From NCBI RefSeq assembly GCF_030684315.1, contig NC_081396.1:2294001-2358000 (forward strand): DNA of 64,000 nt. Reading direction: 5' to 3'. Source of the DNA: Stegostoma tigrinum (lineage: Eukaryota). Below the pieces are notes generated by a model. It was not told the DNA's origin. It made no database searches and saw only the letters and a list, made by a program, of their open reading frames with translations. This document shows, in pieces, positions 37,311-50,465 of the stretch. A program made the position numbers and the translations under genes. Every line of letters begins with the position of its first letter. The first letter of the stretch is position 1.

Positions 37311-38031
37311 GAGCCTCCAATGCTCTGCAGAAAATAGCCCCAGTCGATTCAGCCTCTCCTACAACTCAACTCCACAATCCCAGCAACTTTGTAAATCTTT
37401 TCTGAAACCTTTCACATTCCATAACATCTTTGCTACTGCGGTAGTCCAATATTGGCCGAACCAATATTTATACAGCCACATGACCTCCCAACTCATATAC
37501 ACAATCATATAAATGTAAGCGTACCGAATGCCTTCTTCACCACCCTGTCTACCTGCAACTCTACTTTGAATGAGCCCTGCGCTGTTCTTAGCTATTCAGA
37601 GGGTATGAAGGTATGGGGAGAAGACAGGAACAGGATTGAGTTGTAGATCTATAAATGTGTCTCCCACTTCTTTCTGTAGTTTTATGCAAACACCAACTGG
37701 TTCCCTTCCCTGAAGGAGATTTATGAGCCAGTTCAGTTTTAATTATACATCCAGCAGTTTCCCTCTGTGTCATCTCCAGAAGTCACCAGATTAATTGCTG
37801 TCAATTTCACAACCTGTGTGTTCTACTTGTTTCTCCTAATGCGTACTTTCTGTTTGAAAGGTTGGTTTGCAATTAGAGACTTCAAACGAGAGCACGTCCA
37901 GATCCTGCGGTTTCTCTGTTTGTCATAACCTAATTATCTCAGGATTTTGAACATTGAAGGAAAGCACCATCTACCCTGGAGAGAAACACATATCGTCTGT
38001 TAGTGGAAGAGTCAGTGAAGAGTCATCTGCA

Positions 38032-38667
38032 ATGTCCAAACGCCAACGTAGTCACACTGGAGAGAGACTGTGGAAATGTGGGGATTGTGGGAAGGGATTT
38101 CATTACCCATCCCAGCTGGAAAATCACCAACGCAGTCACACTGGGGAGAAGCCATTCATCTGCTCTGATTGTGGGATAGCATTTGCTCTGTCATCCAGCC
38201 TGCGGATTCACCAGCGGGTTCACACTGGAGAGAGACCGTTTACCTGCTCTGTGTGTGGGAAAGGATTCATTCGCTCATCTCAACTACTGGAACATCAGCA
38301 AGTTCACACTGGGGAGAAACCATTCACCTGCTCCCAATGTGGGAAGGGATTCACTCAGTCATCCAACCTGCGGAGACATCAGCGAGTTCACACTGCGGAG
38401 AAACCATTCACCTGCTCTGATTGTGGGAAGCGATTTAACCAATCATCCCACTTGCGGAGACACCAGCAAGTTCACACTGGAGAGAGACCATTCACCTGTT
38501 CTGAATGTGGAAAAGGATTCATTCGCTCATCTCAACTACTGGAGCACCAGCGAGTTCACACTGGAGAGAAACCATTCACTTGCTCTGATTGTGGGAAGGG
38601 ATTTACTCAATCGTTCAACCTGCTGAGACACCAGCGAGCTCATACTGAGAGACGTTCATTCAGTTAA
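38032..38667 (+). CDS. C2H2 zinc-finger protein, 7 intact fingers; ancestral ATG lost
   Basis: Open frame 37954-38667; paralog start GAACATGGAAGG is GAACATTGAAGG here; first in-frame ATG at 38032 ([19 protein letters not shown]). Confidence 0.8.
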   Translation: MSKRQRSHTGERLWKCGDCGKGFHYPSQLENHQRSHTGEKPFICSDCGIAFALSSSLRIHQRVHTGERPFTCSVCGKGFIRSSQLLEHQQVHTGEKPFTCSQCGKGFTQSSNLRRHQRVHTAEKPFTCSDCGKRFNQSSHLRRHQQVHTGERPFTCSECGKGFIRSSQLLEHQRVHTGEKPFTCSDCGKGFTQSFNLLRHQRAHTERRSFS

Positions 38668-39399
38668 TTCACCAGCTGATACAGCAACCTGTTCACTCTC
38701 TGGTGTAAATTCAAACTGTTAGCACACCAATGAGATGACACTGCTGTGTTTGTGTAAAAAGCTGTTTGCTAATGCACTAGCAAATTCACAAGAACCACAG
38801 GTGAAGGATTTTGCTTTTATTCACAACAAGGAATGAACCTTGGTCATTAGGCCATTTGATGTTATTAAACCCTGCTGTATTAAAGGGGCTGATGTTGCAG
38901 ATAAAATGTTGATACAATTGTGTATCTGTAGGATAGGTTTTGAAAATGATCACTATGCCAACACATTTACACTAGGTGAAGACTGTCCAGCTGCATATTG
39001 TTTGTAAACTGATTTTTGTGGTTCATCAGGATTTGTTAAACTGCATTGAATTTCCTAGCAAGTGTCAGTGTTGCATTTTGATGCTGTTATTATCTATGTT
39101 CAAAACCATGCTTTCTGAATCGATTTCTGATGTTTGTAACCATCACAGGTTCAGTTACCTGCTGGAGATAAAAATAATATAAGCCGGCTTTTTGTTAAAA
39201 CTAAGTTGTCTCAAGTCTTTTTCTAATTCTGAGTGCCTTAGAGGTAAGATAATCAGGACCCTTCACATGAGTAGTTGGGAGAAGGTACATCCAGAGTGAG
39301 ATATAGCCTGTAATACTAGAAATTCAGTTTCATGTGCTGTTGGGGCTCACATAACTGGGCAAAGAAATGGGGTCCACAGAGAATGTCCAAAAGGCTAAG

Positions 39400-40320
39400 A
39401 AGAAACCAGTTAATCAGGAAGGCATTAACATTACAGGCCAGTTATGACGCAGGGAGTTTGACATAGTTGAATGGCATTAATTTTCGAGGGAGACAGCGAT
39501 GGAGGCAAAAGAGTAGCAGGTGTCACAGTTGTGCTCAAGGAATTTATTATAACTAGACAGAGGGCTGACATTTTAGAAAACTCCTTCAGTGAACCTATTT
39601 AGTTAGAACAAGTCGAGCTGGTAAGGATACAAATTTCAGGGAAGTATGAAAGTAATAGGGGCCTGATAGTGGGGAATTTCAACTTCATCAACATTAATTG
39701 TGGTCATCATAGTGTGAAAGGTTTAGAGGAATGTTTAAAATAGATCCAGTATGTCTTTTCAAGCCATTATGTAGAAGTCCCAACAAAGAAGGGGGAGATT
39801 CGAGACTGAAAGTTAGGTAAGAAGGGCAGACAAGTGATCGAAGTATCAGTGGGAGAATTTGATTCTTTTTAAAAAATTCAGGATTACTTCAGAAAACAAC
39901 AAGGATCAACTTCCAATCCAAGGTCTAAATTGATTGATTTTAATAATACCAGATACGATTTGGCCAGAGGGCGCAGGGAGCAGATAACTTCAGATAAATG
40001 TGCAAGAGGGAATTTAAATGGAGAGATAGGGAGAGCTGACGGGAACATGAATTGATACAGCCAAGAAAAATGAAGGAAGATGCTCAGTTGTTTTACAGGT
40101 ACATTAATGGGGAACTAGTAAGGCCCATTAAGTACCACAGTGGTAGTCTGTGTGTGGGATTAGAGGATACAGGCCTGGTTACAAATGAATGCTTTGTGTC
40201 AGTGTTCACGAGTGAGGGAGATGAATCGGGGGAGGTCTGTGATAGAATGTAAAGGATTTGGCACACAGAGAGATAGAGGAGATTTTAAGTAATCTTGCAG
40301 GCTTAAATGTAGGTAAACCT
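39400..40320 (+). mobile_element. Old CR1 endonuclease relic, shared with the inverted copy at ~61200-62000
   Basis: IVGNFNF-like motif at ~39666; NECFVSVFTSE; matches the reverse complement of 61830-61930. Confidence 0.65.
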
Positions 40321-42399
40321 CCAGAGTCAGGTGTAGCAAATATGTGTGAAGCTGAGAGAGCAAACAATAGCAATACATTTAAGAGAGTCATACCTGAACC
40401 AACATTTCCAGAGTATGTTTCTTCCTTGGGTACACTTCCACTCCCTTCAGTTGCTGCAGGTAAGCAGTATTCTTCCACTGTCCCAAGCTGAGAAAAGAAA
40501 TCGAAAGGAGGAGATATTGCTTTGCTGCCAGATGTGGCACAGACGGGAAAGTTTCACTCTGAAGGTTGAAAGACAACATCTGCATTGTAAGGTCCACAAA
40601 GGAGGGGTGAGGCTTGCCTGAAACAGCGAATAGGACTCACTGAGCTCGTCGGTGAAATGCCCAGTACGTAGAAGTCCCAACAAGGAAAGGGAGGTCCTGG
40701 AGTTAACTTTGGGCAATAAAGGTGGACAAGTGGTTGAAGTGTCAGTGTGGGATCTTAAATGCTGAATTTGTCTTTTTCTTGGAATATCTTGGGGTTTGTA
40801 ATGTTAAAATTGTAGTTTAATTGGTTGCCAATGCTGTTTTTATATTCTCTCTTAATATTCTGTTCTGGCTGTCTTTTGCAAAATCCTATACTCCTCTTCC
40901 TCGTCCTTTATTTTTGTTTTGCCATTACTTCTTTTCATTTTGTTAATTCGGTTCTTCTGAATACTTTATAACTAATACTGCTGCACAGTCTGCATTCTTA
41001 AACATTTTCTTACATAATGCATTGCACCTTAAATATTGAAATGGCAGTGATTCCAATCCTGGTGGGCTGTGGAACAACTAGACAAATATTAAATCCTGAA
41101 ACCTTTGTAAAAATTCTACTCCATCTACATCTTTATTTCCCTTGTTTGTTAGTTGATTTAGAGGTACATTTAATTTTGAATGATTATTAATTTTTGTGTT
41201 GTGCTGTCATTGTTCTGTGTGATTTTTCCCTGTATCTTAGTTGTGCAAATTCCTAACATGGCCATTTGCAAGATGCTTTTATTTTCTCATAATCTGTGTT
41301 TTCAATAACCAACAGTATTATGCTATCCCGTGAGCCCAGTTAACGAGATAAGTCTCACAGAAATGAATATTTCCCTCCTGTTCTTGTATCTTTTAGATAT
41401 ATCCCCCTATATCATCAGTATTTATTAGACATTTCAGCTCTTTACTACCTTGACATTTTTGAAATATTACAAGTCTATCATTTCATCCTCAATGCTTTTT
41501 TATTGTTTCGGCATATTTAAGCTTTATAATAAAGACTAAATTTGGTTCCTCACACTAAGGGATTGGGGAGGGGAGAACAATTTAGAAAACCACTTCTCTT
41601 CATTTTCCTCCAGGTGATGCAGCAGCATAAGGTTTGTAAATTCTCTTTGGAAAGAGGAACCAGACCATGTGTTGAAAGAGTTGATGAAACAGAAGGTGAA
41701 TACTATCAGTCCTTGACTTGGAAGGATTGAGATTTGTTCTATCTGTGGGCCAAGACCAGCAGCATGTAGAAATAAGGAGGAAAGAGCATGGAGGAGTTTG
41801 AAAACAAGGATGAGAATTTTAAAATTGAGGCATTGCTGAATACAGGGCCATAGATTTTTCCATATGCTTATTTATGAAAAGTGGACAGTGCTGCCTTGGT
41901 CAGCATTGATTGGCCTGTCTGATGGTTTGGAGAAGGCAGTGCCATGGACCACATCTGTGATGTTTGACAGCTCAATGTGAAGGGGACTGGCCAAGTCAGA
42001 CGATCTTCTCTTGGAGCTGCGTAGTGACAATTTAGAATGGATGAGTCTCAAGGAAGTGAGGTTACTCTTGCTGCCAACCTCTTTTCTTTGGTCTTGTCTG
42101 TACTTGTGTAGCTTGGGAGAGGGAGCATGTTGTGTCCACTAGCACAATTGATATCTTCCATAAAAGTGGGCACTGCAGAGCACAGGCACTGGTGATAACT
42201 TTCTTGTTTAATTCAACATGTTCCTGTTACTTTTATCAGGTATTTATTGCAGATTTTGTCTTCTTTGAACTTGATTGAACTACATTTGGAAAATTGGACA
42301 GGGAAGAACTTTTCATAGAAACTAGTATGTTCTTTAATATCTATGCTGGACTGATAGTGAGACTGACTCTGGCAGATCCTTCCCCTAGGTTTAGAATGA

Positions 42400-42790
42400 G
42401 ATTTTGTTTGGAGGGCGAATATTGTAGATGGGCATCTGAAACCAAACATTAAATCAAGATCTGACAGGGTCAGTAGATTCATTAGAACCTGAATACAATC
42501 AGCTTTTGAATATGGAAGGAGAAATGCTTCTCTGTTGTGTCTGTGGCAAAAGATTTCAAACACCAATGTGTGGAAAACTGAGATATGCTTTCCTGAGAAA
42601 GAGAATTTTAGTGATATGACTGTGGAAAATGCTTTAATCAGTCACAAAATCACACCGATGACATGTTTTGTCTGGTGAGACTTCAACCAGTCATCAAACC
42701 TGGAGAGACACAGGACACATACAGCATGGAGAAATGTAGAAATATGGGAGTTACACAAACCGCTGAGTCTGGAAACACAGTTGGACCAGT
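42400..42790 (+). pseudogene. Zinc-finger relic
   Basis: Upstream module, then TTTGAATATGGAAGGAGAAATG (MEGEMLLCCVCGKRFQT) and decayed fingers. Confidence 0.65.
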
Positions 42791-43749
42791 GCTGTGAGAT
42801 GAGGAGTTACAGCTTATTCACCTAGCGATGACAAGGGAACAGCGATACTTGTTCACATCAACAGTGGTATTTATCATAGGCATATCAAATATTGGACTAT
42901 TACAAGGCAGTTCAGAGGAAAAGCAGCATTTGACACTGGGCCGCATAATGAGATATTAGGTCAGAAACCAAGTGTTAGGTCAAAGGTAGATTTTAACATG
43001 CCTCCTAAAGGATGAAAGTGAGGTTGATGGCAGAAAAGTTTAGAGAGCAAATTCCAGAGCTTTTGGCTGTGTCAGCTGAAAGCATGGCCAGCAATGGTGC
43101 AGCGACTTTAAGATCTGGACTGTCTGCGAGCCAAAATTAGAGGGGAGCAGAGATGTTTTGAGGTGGAATGGAGTAGGATAGTTGGAAGTTCATCTTCAGG
43201 TGAAATATGATGTCCTGGTCATCCAGTCCTGATGCCTGACAATTGAGGGTAGTGTGTCAGGATGGAGGGACCCTGGAGGTGATTATATTCACAATTACCT
43301 GCTGCTCCAGTCCTTCCAGGAGATGGAAGGTGAAGATTTTGGAGATTCTCTCAAAGCTCTGGTTGTGTTTTGGAGACATAAAGTCCTTCTCCATTGCTCC
43401 CTGCTGCTCCTACCTTCATCCCTCTCTTGTTCTCCCAGAAAAGACAGAGACTTGTGTAGGTTCCTCCCGGAAGGAAATTAGTGAACCTGTTGGGCTTTTA
43501 CAGTAGTCTAGCAGCTTTCATGGTCACCTTCTCCTCCTGCTGGCCCCACAAATGATTAATTCAGCTCAATTTCATGACTTTCCTTTTGTGTGTTTTCTCT
43601 CCTTCTCATTTCTGTTCTTCTCTTTGAAATCAGTTTCTCATGGAACAAAACAGGGAGGCTTTGCAATCAGAAACTCAAACCAAATGCTACATCAGAATCT
43701 GAAGGATTCACCCAATTTCTTGCAACCAGAATAACTTTGGATTTTGAAC

Positions 43750-44315
43750 ATGGAAGGAGAAATGACCTTTCACAACAAAGAGAAACTGTGCATGCGTTAC
43801 GTGCATGGACAGGGTTTCAGCTGATCATCTGACCTGTCAGAACATAAATGCAGTCTGAACAGGGAGAAGCTGTGGAACTGTGGTGACTGGGAAGGGTTTC
43901 ATTGTTCCAGCAAAGCAAGAATATTATTGGTGCCAGGTGTGGGAAGGAATTCAGTCAATATCCCACTGGCTGGGACACTAGCTAGTCCACACTGGTGAGA
44001 GACCTTATCAATGCTCTGAGTGTGGGAAGTGCTGTAAATATTTTGGGCAGCTGATGTCCCATCAATGTGTTTGCACCATCTAGAAACCATTACAGTGCTC
44101 TCTCTGTGAGACGATTGTCAGATGATCATCAGACCCCTCTGTCCACCAGCAAATTCACAGTGGTCGCAGGGTATTCTAAATGTGGGAAGGGCTTTAATCA
44201 GAAACACACCGATCTTAGACACTGGCACACTCACACTGGGGAGAGTTCTCTGAGCATGGGGATACATTGGCATAACTATCCCACATGCTGAGGCACCAGA
44301 GTGCTCACCAGCAAC
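43750..44315 (+). pseudogene. C2H2 zinc-finger pseudogene
   Basis: GATTTTGAACATGGAAGGAG start, EKLWNCGD, SKCGKGFNQ..RHWHTHTGE; many frameshifts. Confidence 0.8.
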
Positions 44316-45479
44316 GGTAGTGGTGGAAATTTTGCTGTTAGAAATATCTAGGACTTGACTCTGCTCATTGGGTTCTGTGAGTACTGATGTTTATAAACTT
44401 CTGTCCAGGCTTGTTTTGCAGCAACAGTGGGGCCTCAAAGGGTAGCCCGTTAGGCCACACAGGGATTTATAGGGATCTTACAGCTGTCAGATGTTAGTCC
44501 GAGTTTCACAGCAGCCATTGTTGACTGGGGAGTCACAAACCCAAGAGGCAGAGCCTCATGAGCAGCTTTAATCAGGAGTGAGGGGTGGGGTGGGGCTGGA
44601 GATGTTCAGCGAAGGACTTGGGCAGCATGAAATTGGACTGAATGAGAGAGGCTGGTCAGGAACGCATTGGGATTGTCAAGTCAGAAGGCAACACACACAT
44701 GGGCGAGGATTTCAGCAGCCAATGAGCTGTGGTGAGGTGGCAATGGGCGATGTTCTGGAGAGCGATAGTTTGTACTTATGACCAGAAACTCATCTTGGGG
44801 TTCATAGGGAGAGGGAGGGTAATGAGGCAGAGCTGGGAGTTGTCAATGTTTGTTTGAAAGTTTAACACTGTACATCTGGTATGATATCACCTTGGGGCAG
44901 TGTGGAGATGAAAAATAAGAGGGGCCAAGGATCAATCTTCAGGCAACGTCTAGTCCAAGAAAATTAGAGATGATAGAGAGGTTGGAGATAAGGTCGGTCA
45001 TTTGCAAGGATAATAAGTTCAAGGGTATTTTTCTGCTGATGGGTGATGATGATGGAATTAAAGGTTAGAGTGACAAAACCAGAAGACAGGAGTGTTCATT
45101 AATAATATCAGTGAACTCAGGGAAGCTGTAGTTCACAGTTCAGTGAGAAAAGGGTTGAAGCAGCAAGAGGGAGGTCTCATGGACAAGATAATCTCTGACA
45201 GGGCATGATAGAAAATAGAGAAACTAGAGCAGACCTCAGACAAAAGGAAATTTTGAGTGAGTGTGTCCACTGTGCTGGTGGCAGGGGAGGAAGAAGTAGA
45301 AGTAGCTGATTGGATTGTCTCAATCTCAGTGACAATTCATTGAAGCAACAAAGAAAAGGAGCCGTTCAAAGTGAAGTATCAAGAATGTCAAACGTTTAGG
45401 CGTACTATATGTTGACCACAAAGCTGATTTATTTTGGCACATCTTAGCACCTGTGGCTGTGTTAAACATCAGCAGAAAT

Positions 45480-45995
45480 TGACCCTGATGAATATAGATG
45501 TGGAGATTATATGTTCAGTTGAACCCAGTCCCACCATGAGAGCACTTGAACTGTCTCTCCTCAGTTTAATACTTTGGTGATGTATCAGTTGCCCAGAACT
45601 TTTAAAATCCTTCCTACAAAATGAACATTTAAAGGGTCTCTTGTTAGTGTGAACACACAGATGGCAAATCAGTTTGATGAAATGTTTATGGCAGTCCCCA
45701 CAATGTTGGCATTTGTAAGGGTCAGCATGAATTCGCTGTTGCATCAGCAGCGTGGACAAATGAATGAATCCCTTCCACATATGGATCAGATAAATGGCCA
45801 TTTTCAGTGTGACCACATTGGTGAATTTCCAGATCAGAAATGTGACTGAATGCGTCCTTGTAGCCCACTTTTCCACAGTTTCTCTCCAACATGAGTCCAC
45901 TCATGTTTTGATAGGCCAGATGATTATCTGATCCCTTGTCAATACACAGAACACATGCAGTTTCTCACCTCTGTGAATGGCATCTTTTTCTTCCA
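45480..45995 (-). pseudogene. C2H2 zinc-finger pseudogene
   Basis: ORF 45469-45900(-) QQRIHADPYKCQHCGDC..HTNKRPFKCSFCRKDFKSSGQLIHHQ; start module GATTTTAAACATGGAAG on -. Confidence 0.8.
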
Positions 45996-46599
45996 TGTTT
46001 AAAATCCAAGGATTTTCCACTTGTGATAAATTGGGCAATTCTATCAAATCCAACTGTGATCCTCTTATGAAGAACAGTCATAATGAACTGAAAATGTTAA
46101 CTTCTTCTGTATCTGCTGATGCAACCAGACCTGTTCAGTTTCCCCAGTATTTTCCATTTCGATGACAGTTTTGCAAATGTGTCGTATTTAGCTTTTATCC
46201 TAATCGACTGTTTGAATTGGTTGGCTAATTTCGTATCATCTCTTTCTGTGAAATGGATTTAAAACAGAAAAAGGGATTAGGAGAGAAGCCACAAAACTAT
46301 GAAGGCAGACTGTATGAAATTGAGCTGAATGACTTTGAAAATTCTTCGATTCTTTTGTAAGTGTTGAATTTAGCTAACCTCAGGCACTCCAAGCCAGTCT
46401 TCCACATTCCAGTTTGCCATACCTTGAGATTTTCAAACATTCTACTGGCTGTGCACTGACAACAAGTCTTAAGTAGCTGCAGCTACTATCAAGAGTGTTA
46501 GGATGTCAGCACTCTCAACCTCATAGAATACAAGTTCCTACATTGGAGTTGTTAATCTGATCCAATGAGGGATCTCTGACTGACATATAAAAGGTGAGT

Positions 46600-46738
46600 A
46601 AAAACCAAAAGAACTATGGATGCTGTAAATCAAGAACAAAAATCGGGTTGCTGGAAAAGCTTGGCAGGTAGGGCAGTGTCTGTGAAGAAAAAAAAATCAG
46701 AATTAACATTTCAGGTCCGGTGACCCTTCCTCAGAACT
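46600..46738 (-). mobile_element. Second-family PLE pseudo-LTR fragment with hammerhead core
   Basis: Minus strand AAGTT-CTGAGGA-AGGGTCACCGGACCT-GAAATGTT-AATT; related copies at ~8030-8160, 53890-54085, 54205-54345, 54735-54880, 59930-59990. Confidence 0.7.
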
Positions 46739-48039
46739 TCATATAAAGGTGAGTTTCAGAGATGCTAATACTCTGATGTTTGACCCTGTATGAGTCTATA
46801 TTCAAGAACTGTTCATGAGTAAATACAGGCTGTCTTGTTGTTGAGAAACCAGCCTCTGTAGAGGCCGTGCTCACTGACCTATAGAGGGTATTTAAATTAT
46901 TTCCAGAAATTTCCCCATCAATCAAGTAAAACTGACTGACCTGTTGTTGCCGGACTTCTCTTCACAAGCTTTTTTGAACCAGGTTGAATGATTGTAGCTT
47001 CTGGCATCTTCCCGAGATCTGAACAAGCTTAAATCCTTACAGCAATGTCTCGACAAATTCCACTCTCACTTCCCTTATTGTCCTTGGATATATCTCATTC
47101 AAACCAGATGCTATATCCATGTTTAGTTTAAAATCTTATGAATTTTAAATCCTTTAAGTACCTGAACTATCTCATGTTTAACATGACTTCAGCAAAATCT
47201 TCTTTGGGAATGTAGAATTCAAAGTACTTATTAAATAATTCAGCAGTGACTCTGCTTGCATGTGTAAATTGCATTTTTTTCGGTCCCTAATGAGCCTTGT
47301 TCTATATTTTACCTTCCTATTACAATTTGAATGCCTAAATAAGACTTTTAGGATTTTCTAACATATTGACTGCCAGTTTCTTGTCACAATCCCTTTTTAC
47401 TTATTTGAATTCCACCTTCCCTCCGAACCTTCTTCATTGTACCTCGTTCTAAATTTTATTTTGACCTAACATCTGTCATAAACACAATGTCTCTTTTACT
47501 TTAATTTATAAGACCATGAGATAAACAAGCAGAATTTGGCCATTCAGCCCTTCAAGTCTGCTCCAGCTTTCAATGAGATCATGACCGATCTGATGCATGC
47601 CTTATCTCTTGCATGCCTTTTCCCAGAAACCTTATTCCCTTTACTAATTGAATGTCTGATTACTGTACCCTAAATATCCTCCACTGACACTTGACTCACT
47701 TCATTGCCCAAGAACTTGGTTTAGAGAATCTTTCTCTTTGAGATTGGGTATGCATTGCTCATGACAACTTTCCTGAAAACACTCTAGGAACCCTTGCCCT
47801 GCATTATGCTTTACACAACCACTATTCCGGTAGAAGAGCAAAATGCTAGAAACGTGGGGCAAACAGTGCTGGGGAGAAAAAGAACTCAGCGGGTCTGAAG
47901 CATCTGTGGAAATATACCTATGTTCTGAGTACATATAGTCCAGTATGGTTTGCTTTCTAATTGTATTGATTGCCATCTGCATCACTCCTATCACACCCAA
48001 AGAACCAACCTTGGTATCATTACCCAACATCCCTCGCAT

Positions 48040-48175
48040 TGGTAAATGTGCCCTAAGTAGGACGGGCGAGCGGTGCGCAAGCGCAGCCCCGCCTAATCTC
48101 TGAAGCATACGCATCAAGTGTGATGACAATGGGCAGAGACACTGTTTCCATTCTGAACTGCAAGTGGTGAGGCTA
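48040..48175 (+). promoter_or_regulatory. ZNF-type promoter/first exon paralog
   Basis: GC box CCCCGCC, TGCGCAAGCGCA, GCATACGCA..GTGATGACAA..GGCAGAGA..|GTGAGG, homologous to 21103-21176. Confidence 0.5.
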
Positions 48176-48359
48176 TGGGAGGACTGTGGTTTTAAAACCT
48201 TTACTAAATACTTCATGCCTTGATTAACAATCTGCAATTACACGGTTTCTGTTGCCGGGTTCTCCGGATCACTGCCTGCTGAATCACCACATGGATCTAC
48301 TGTGATGTTGTTGATGCAATGACTTGGAATCAGAAAGGTCTGCAAGTACAGGAAGTTAG

Positions 48360-49200
48360 AGTCAATAAATGTGGAGCTGGAACAGCACAGCAGGCCAGAC
48401 ATCATCTGAGGAGCAGGGAAGTCAACAATTCGGGCAGAAGCCCTTCATCAGGACTGGGGAGTGGGAAGGAAACCTAGAAACAAATAGAGGGAGGGGTGAG
48501 GATAGGTGAGACGGGCATAGGTGGATGCAGTTAGGGGCTTATTGTGATTGGTCAGTAGGACGGGTGGAGTGGATGTGTAAGTAGGAAGATGGAGAGATTT
48601 TGTAACTGGTGAAGTCAATATTCAGGTCATTGGGCTGCAAACTCCCACGGTGAAATGTGAGATGTTGTTCCTCCAGTTTATGCTTGGCCTCACTGTGACA
48701 GTGAAGGAGGCCTAGGATGGACATATCATCATGGGAGTGGGAGGGGTAGTTAGTGTGGATGGCAACCGGTGTTTGTTGGTGTGTGCAGAGCACGGATGCT
48801 CCACGCACCGGTCCCTGAGTCTGTGTTTGGACTGCCTGACCTAGAAGCGACATCAGGTGCAACGGACGCAGTAGATGTGGTGAGATGAAGTGCAGGTGAA
48901 TCTCTGCTGGATTTGGAAGGATTGTTTGGGCCGTTGGACACAGGTGAGAGAGGAGATGTACAGGCAGGTGTTTCACCTCCTTCATTTGCAGGGAAAGGCA
49001 CTGGGTGTGGTGGAGGGGTTGGTGGAGAGTATGAAGCTGACAAGGGAGTCATGGAATGAACAGTCCCTATGAAAAGCGGACAGAGTGGGTGGGAATTCTC
49101 GTTTTGCAGCTGGGTCTGATACTATGTGGCAGAAATGACAGAGGATGATGCATTGAATTTGGAGGTTGGTGAAGTTGTATGTGAGTATTAAGTGGACTCT
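48360..49200 (-). mobile_element. Older Penelope-like fragment
   Basis: HSHDDMSILGLLHCHSEAKHKLEEQHLTFHRGSLQPNDLNIDF; mutated hammerhead CTGATGAAGGGCTTCTGCCCGAAT at 48451-48428. Confidence 0.85.
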
Positions 49201-49559
49201 AAGGAAGTGGGCATAGTTTCATGGCGAATTTTTTCCAAATCAAGCACTAATGCCTGGGTTGTGAGAGTTCCTGGCCAACAGGTTTATCAGCAGCTTCTCA
49301 GAATGCAGATGATGTTTGCATTGGAGAAGAGGCCCTGGGGCATGTACATCCACACTGTGACAGGTTAAAGCCTCTATACAGTTACCTGAAGGAGCAGCTG
49401 TTTAAAGTGTGATGACACTTCTTCCCGATGCTGCTGACATTCATCTCTACAGTATGGAGGGCATGTGTACATTTGAGGGCCATCTCACCAGTTAAAACAG
49501 TAAATTGTAGGATGTAAATGGACAGTGTTCACGGGGAGGATCACTCTGGCTAAACAGTC

Positions 49560-50465
49560 GATAAAGGAATTTGGAGTAGATCTGTAGCCCGGGTTCTGGA
49601 TGTTGAGGTTGGTTGGCTCGCCGAACTGGTTTGTTGTTATGTGGACATTTCGTTACCATGCTTGGTAACATCCTCAGTGCACTCTCATATGAAGCATTGG
49701 TGTGTTTTCCCATCTGGCTTTTAAACTCTGGGGTCCTTTGAGATGGATTGCCTCACTTCCAGTTTTCCTTCATAGTGTAATGTTTATGGGGTCGAGTTCA
49801 ACTTGTATATTAATAGCATGCTTCATGGAGTGCCATGCTTCCAGGAATTCTCATGCTTATCTCTCCCTAGCCTGTCCCAAGATAATGATGTTGACCCATT
49901 CGAAGTCATGATTCTTGTCCATGTGGATTGAGATGAGTGAGTATAGGTCGTGTCTTTTTGCAGCCGGTTGGTGTTCATGCCCTCTTGTTGTTAGTTTCCT
50001 TCCTGTTGTCCAACGTATTGTTTCTCACAGTTTCTGCAGGGAATTTGGGAGATGACATTGGTCCTGTCCATGGCGGGGAGCGTGTCTTTAATTCAGGAGA
50101 GCAGTTGTCGTAGGGTTGACGTGGGCTTGTGTGCCACTCTGATGCCCAGCGGTCATAGGAGTCTTGTGGTGAGTTCTGACGTGTTCCTGATGTAGGGTAG
50201 TGTGATGAGTGTGTTGGAGCATGTAGAATCTTTCTGATGCTGTTCATGTAAGCATCTTCTGCCCCAGTTTTTTTGGATATTCATTAGCCTTGAACACTTG
50301 GAAGATACATTTGTCTTCTTCTCGGTGTAGTTCAATGTTGCTGCAGTGTGTTGTTGCCCTTTGAAATAGATGCCTCATCGGAGGCTGCACTGAGGATGTT
50401 ACCAAGCACGGTAACGAAACATCTGCAATACAACAAACCAGCTCGGCAAGCCAACCAATCTCAAT
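49560..50465 (-). mobile_element. Third-family Penelope-like element with inverted pseudo-LTRs, each carrying a hammerhead core
   Basis: Minus strand LITLPYIRNTSELTTRLL..VAHKPTSTLRQLL..IPCRNCEKQYVGQ (GIY-YIG); ~49600-49695 is the inverted copy of ~50370-50465. Confidence 0.88.
50386..50427 (+). ncRNA. Minimal type I hammerhead ribozyme
   Basis: TGCA-CTGAGGA-T-GTTACC-AAGCAC-GGTAAC-GAAAC-ATC-TGCA: 4-bp stem I, 6-bp stem II; mirror copy at 49681-49643. Confidence 0.72.

Noticed and set aside
36267-37512. Overlapping 160-270 aa ORFs on both strands
   Set aside because: Shadow frames of the GC-rich Penelope fragment; only the GIY-YIG frame is meaningful
40740-41530. AT-rich strand-biased segment, possibly an L1/Tx1 relic
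   Set aside because: No diagnostic motif could be read with confidence
48119-48156. C/D box-like pair GTGATGA...CTGA
   Set aside because: Boxes are under 30 nt apart and the segment is homologous to the ZNF first-exon cassette
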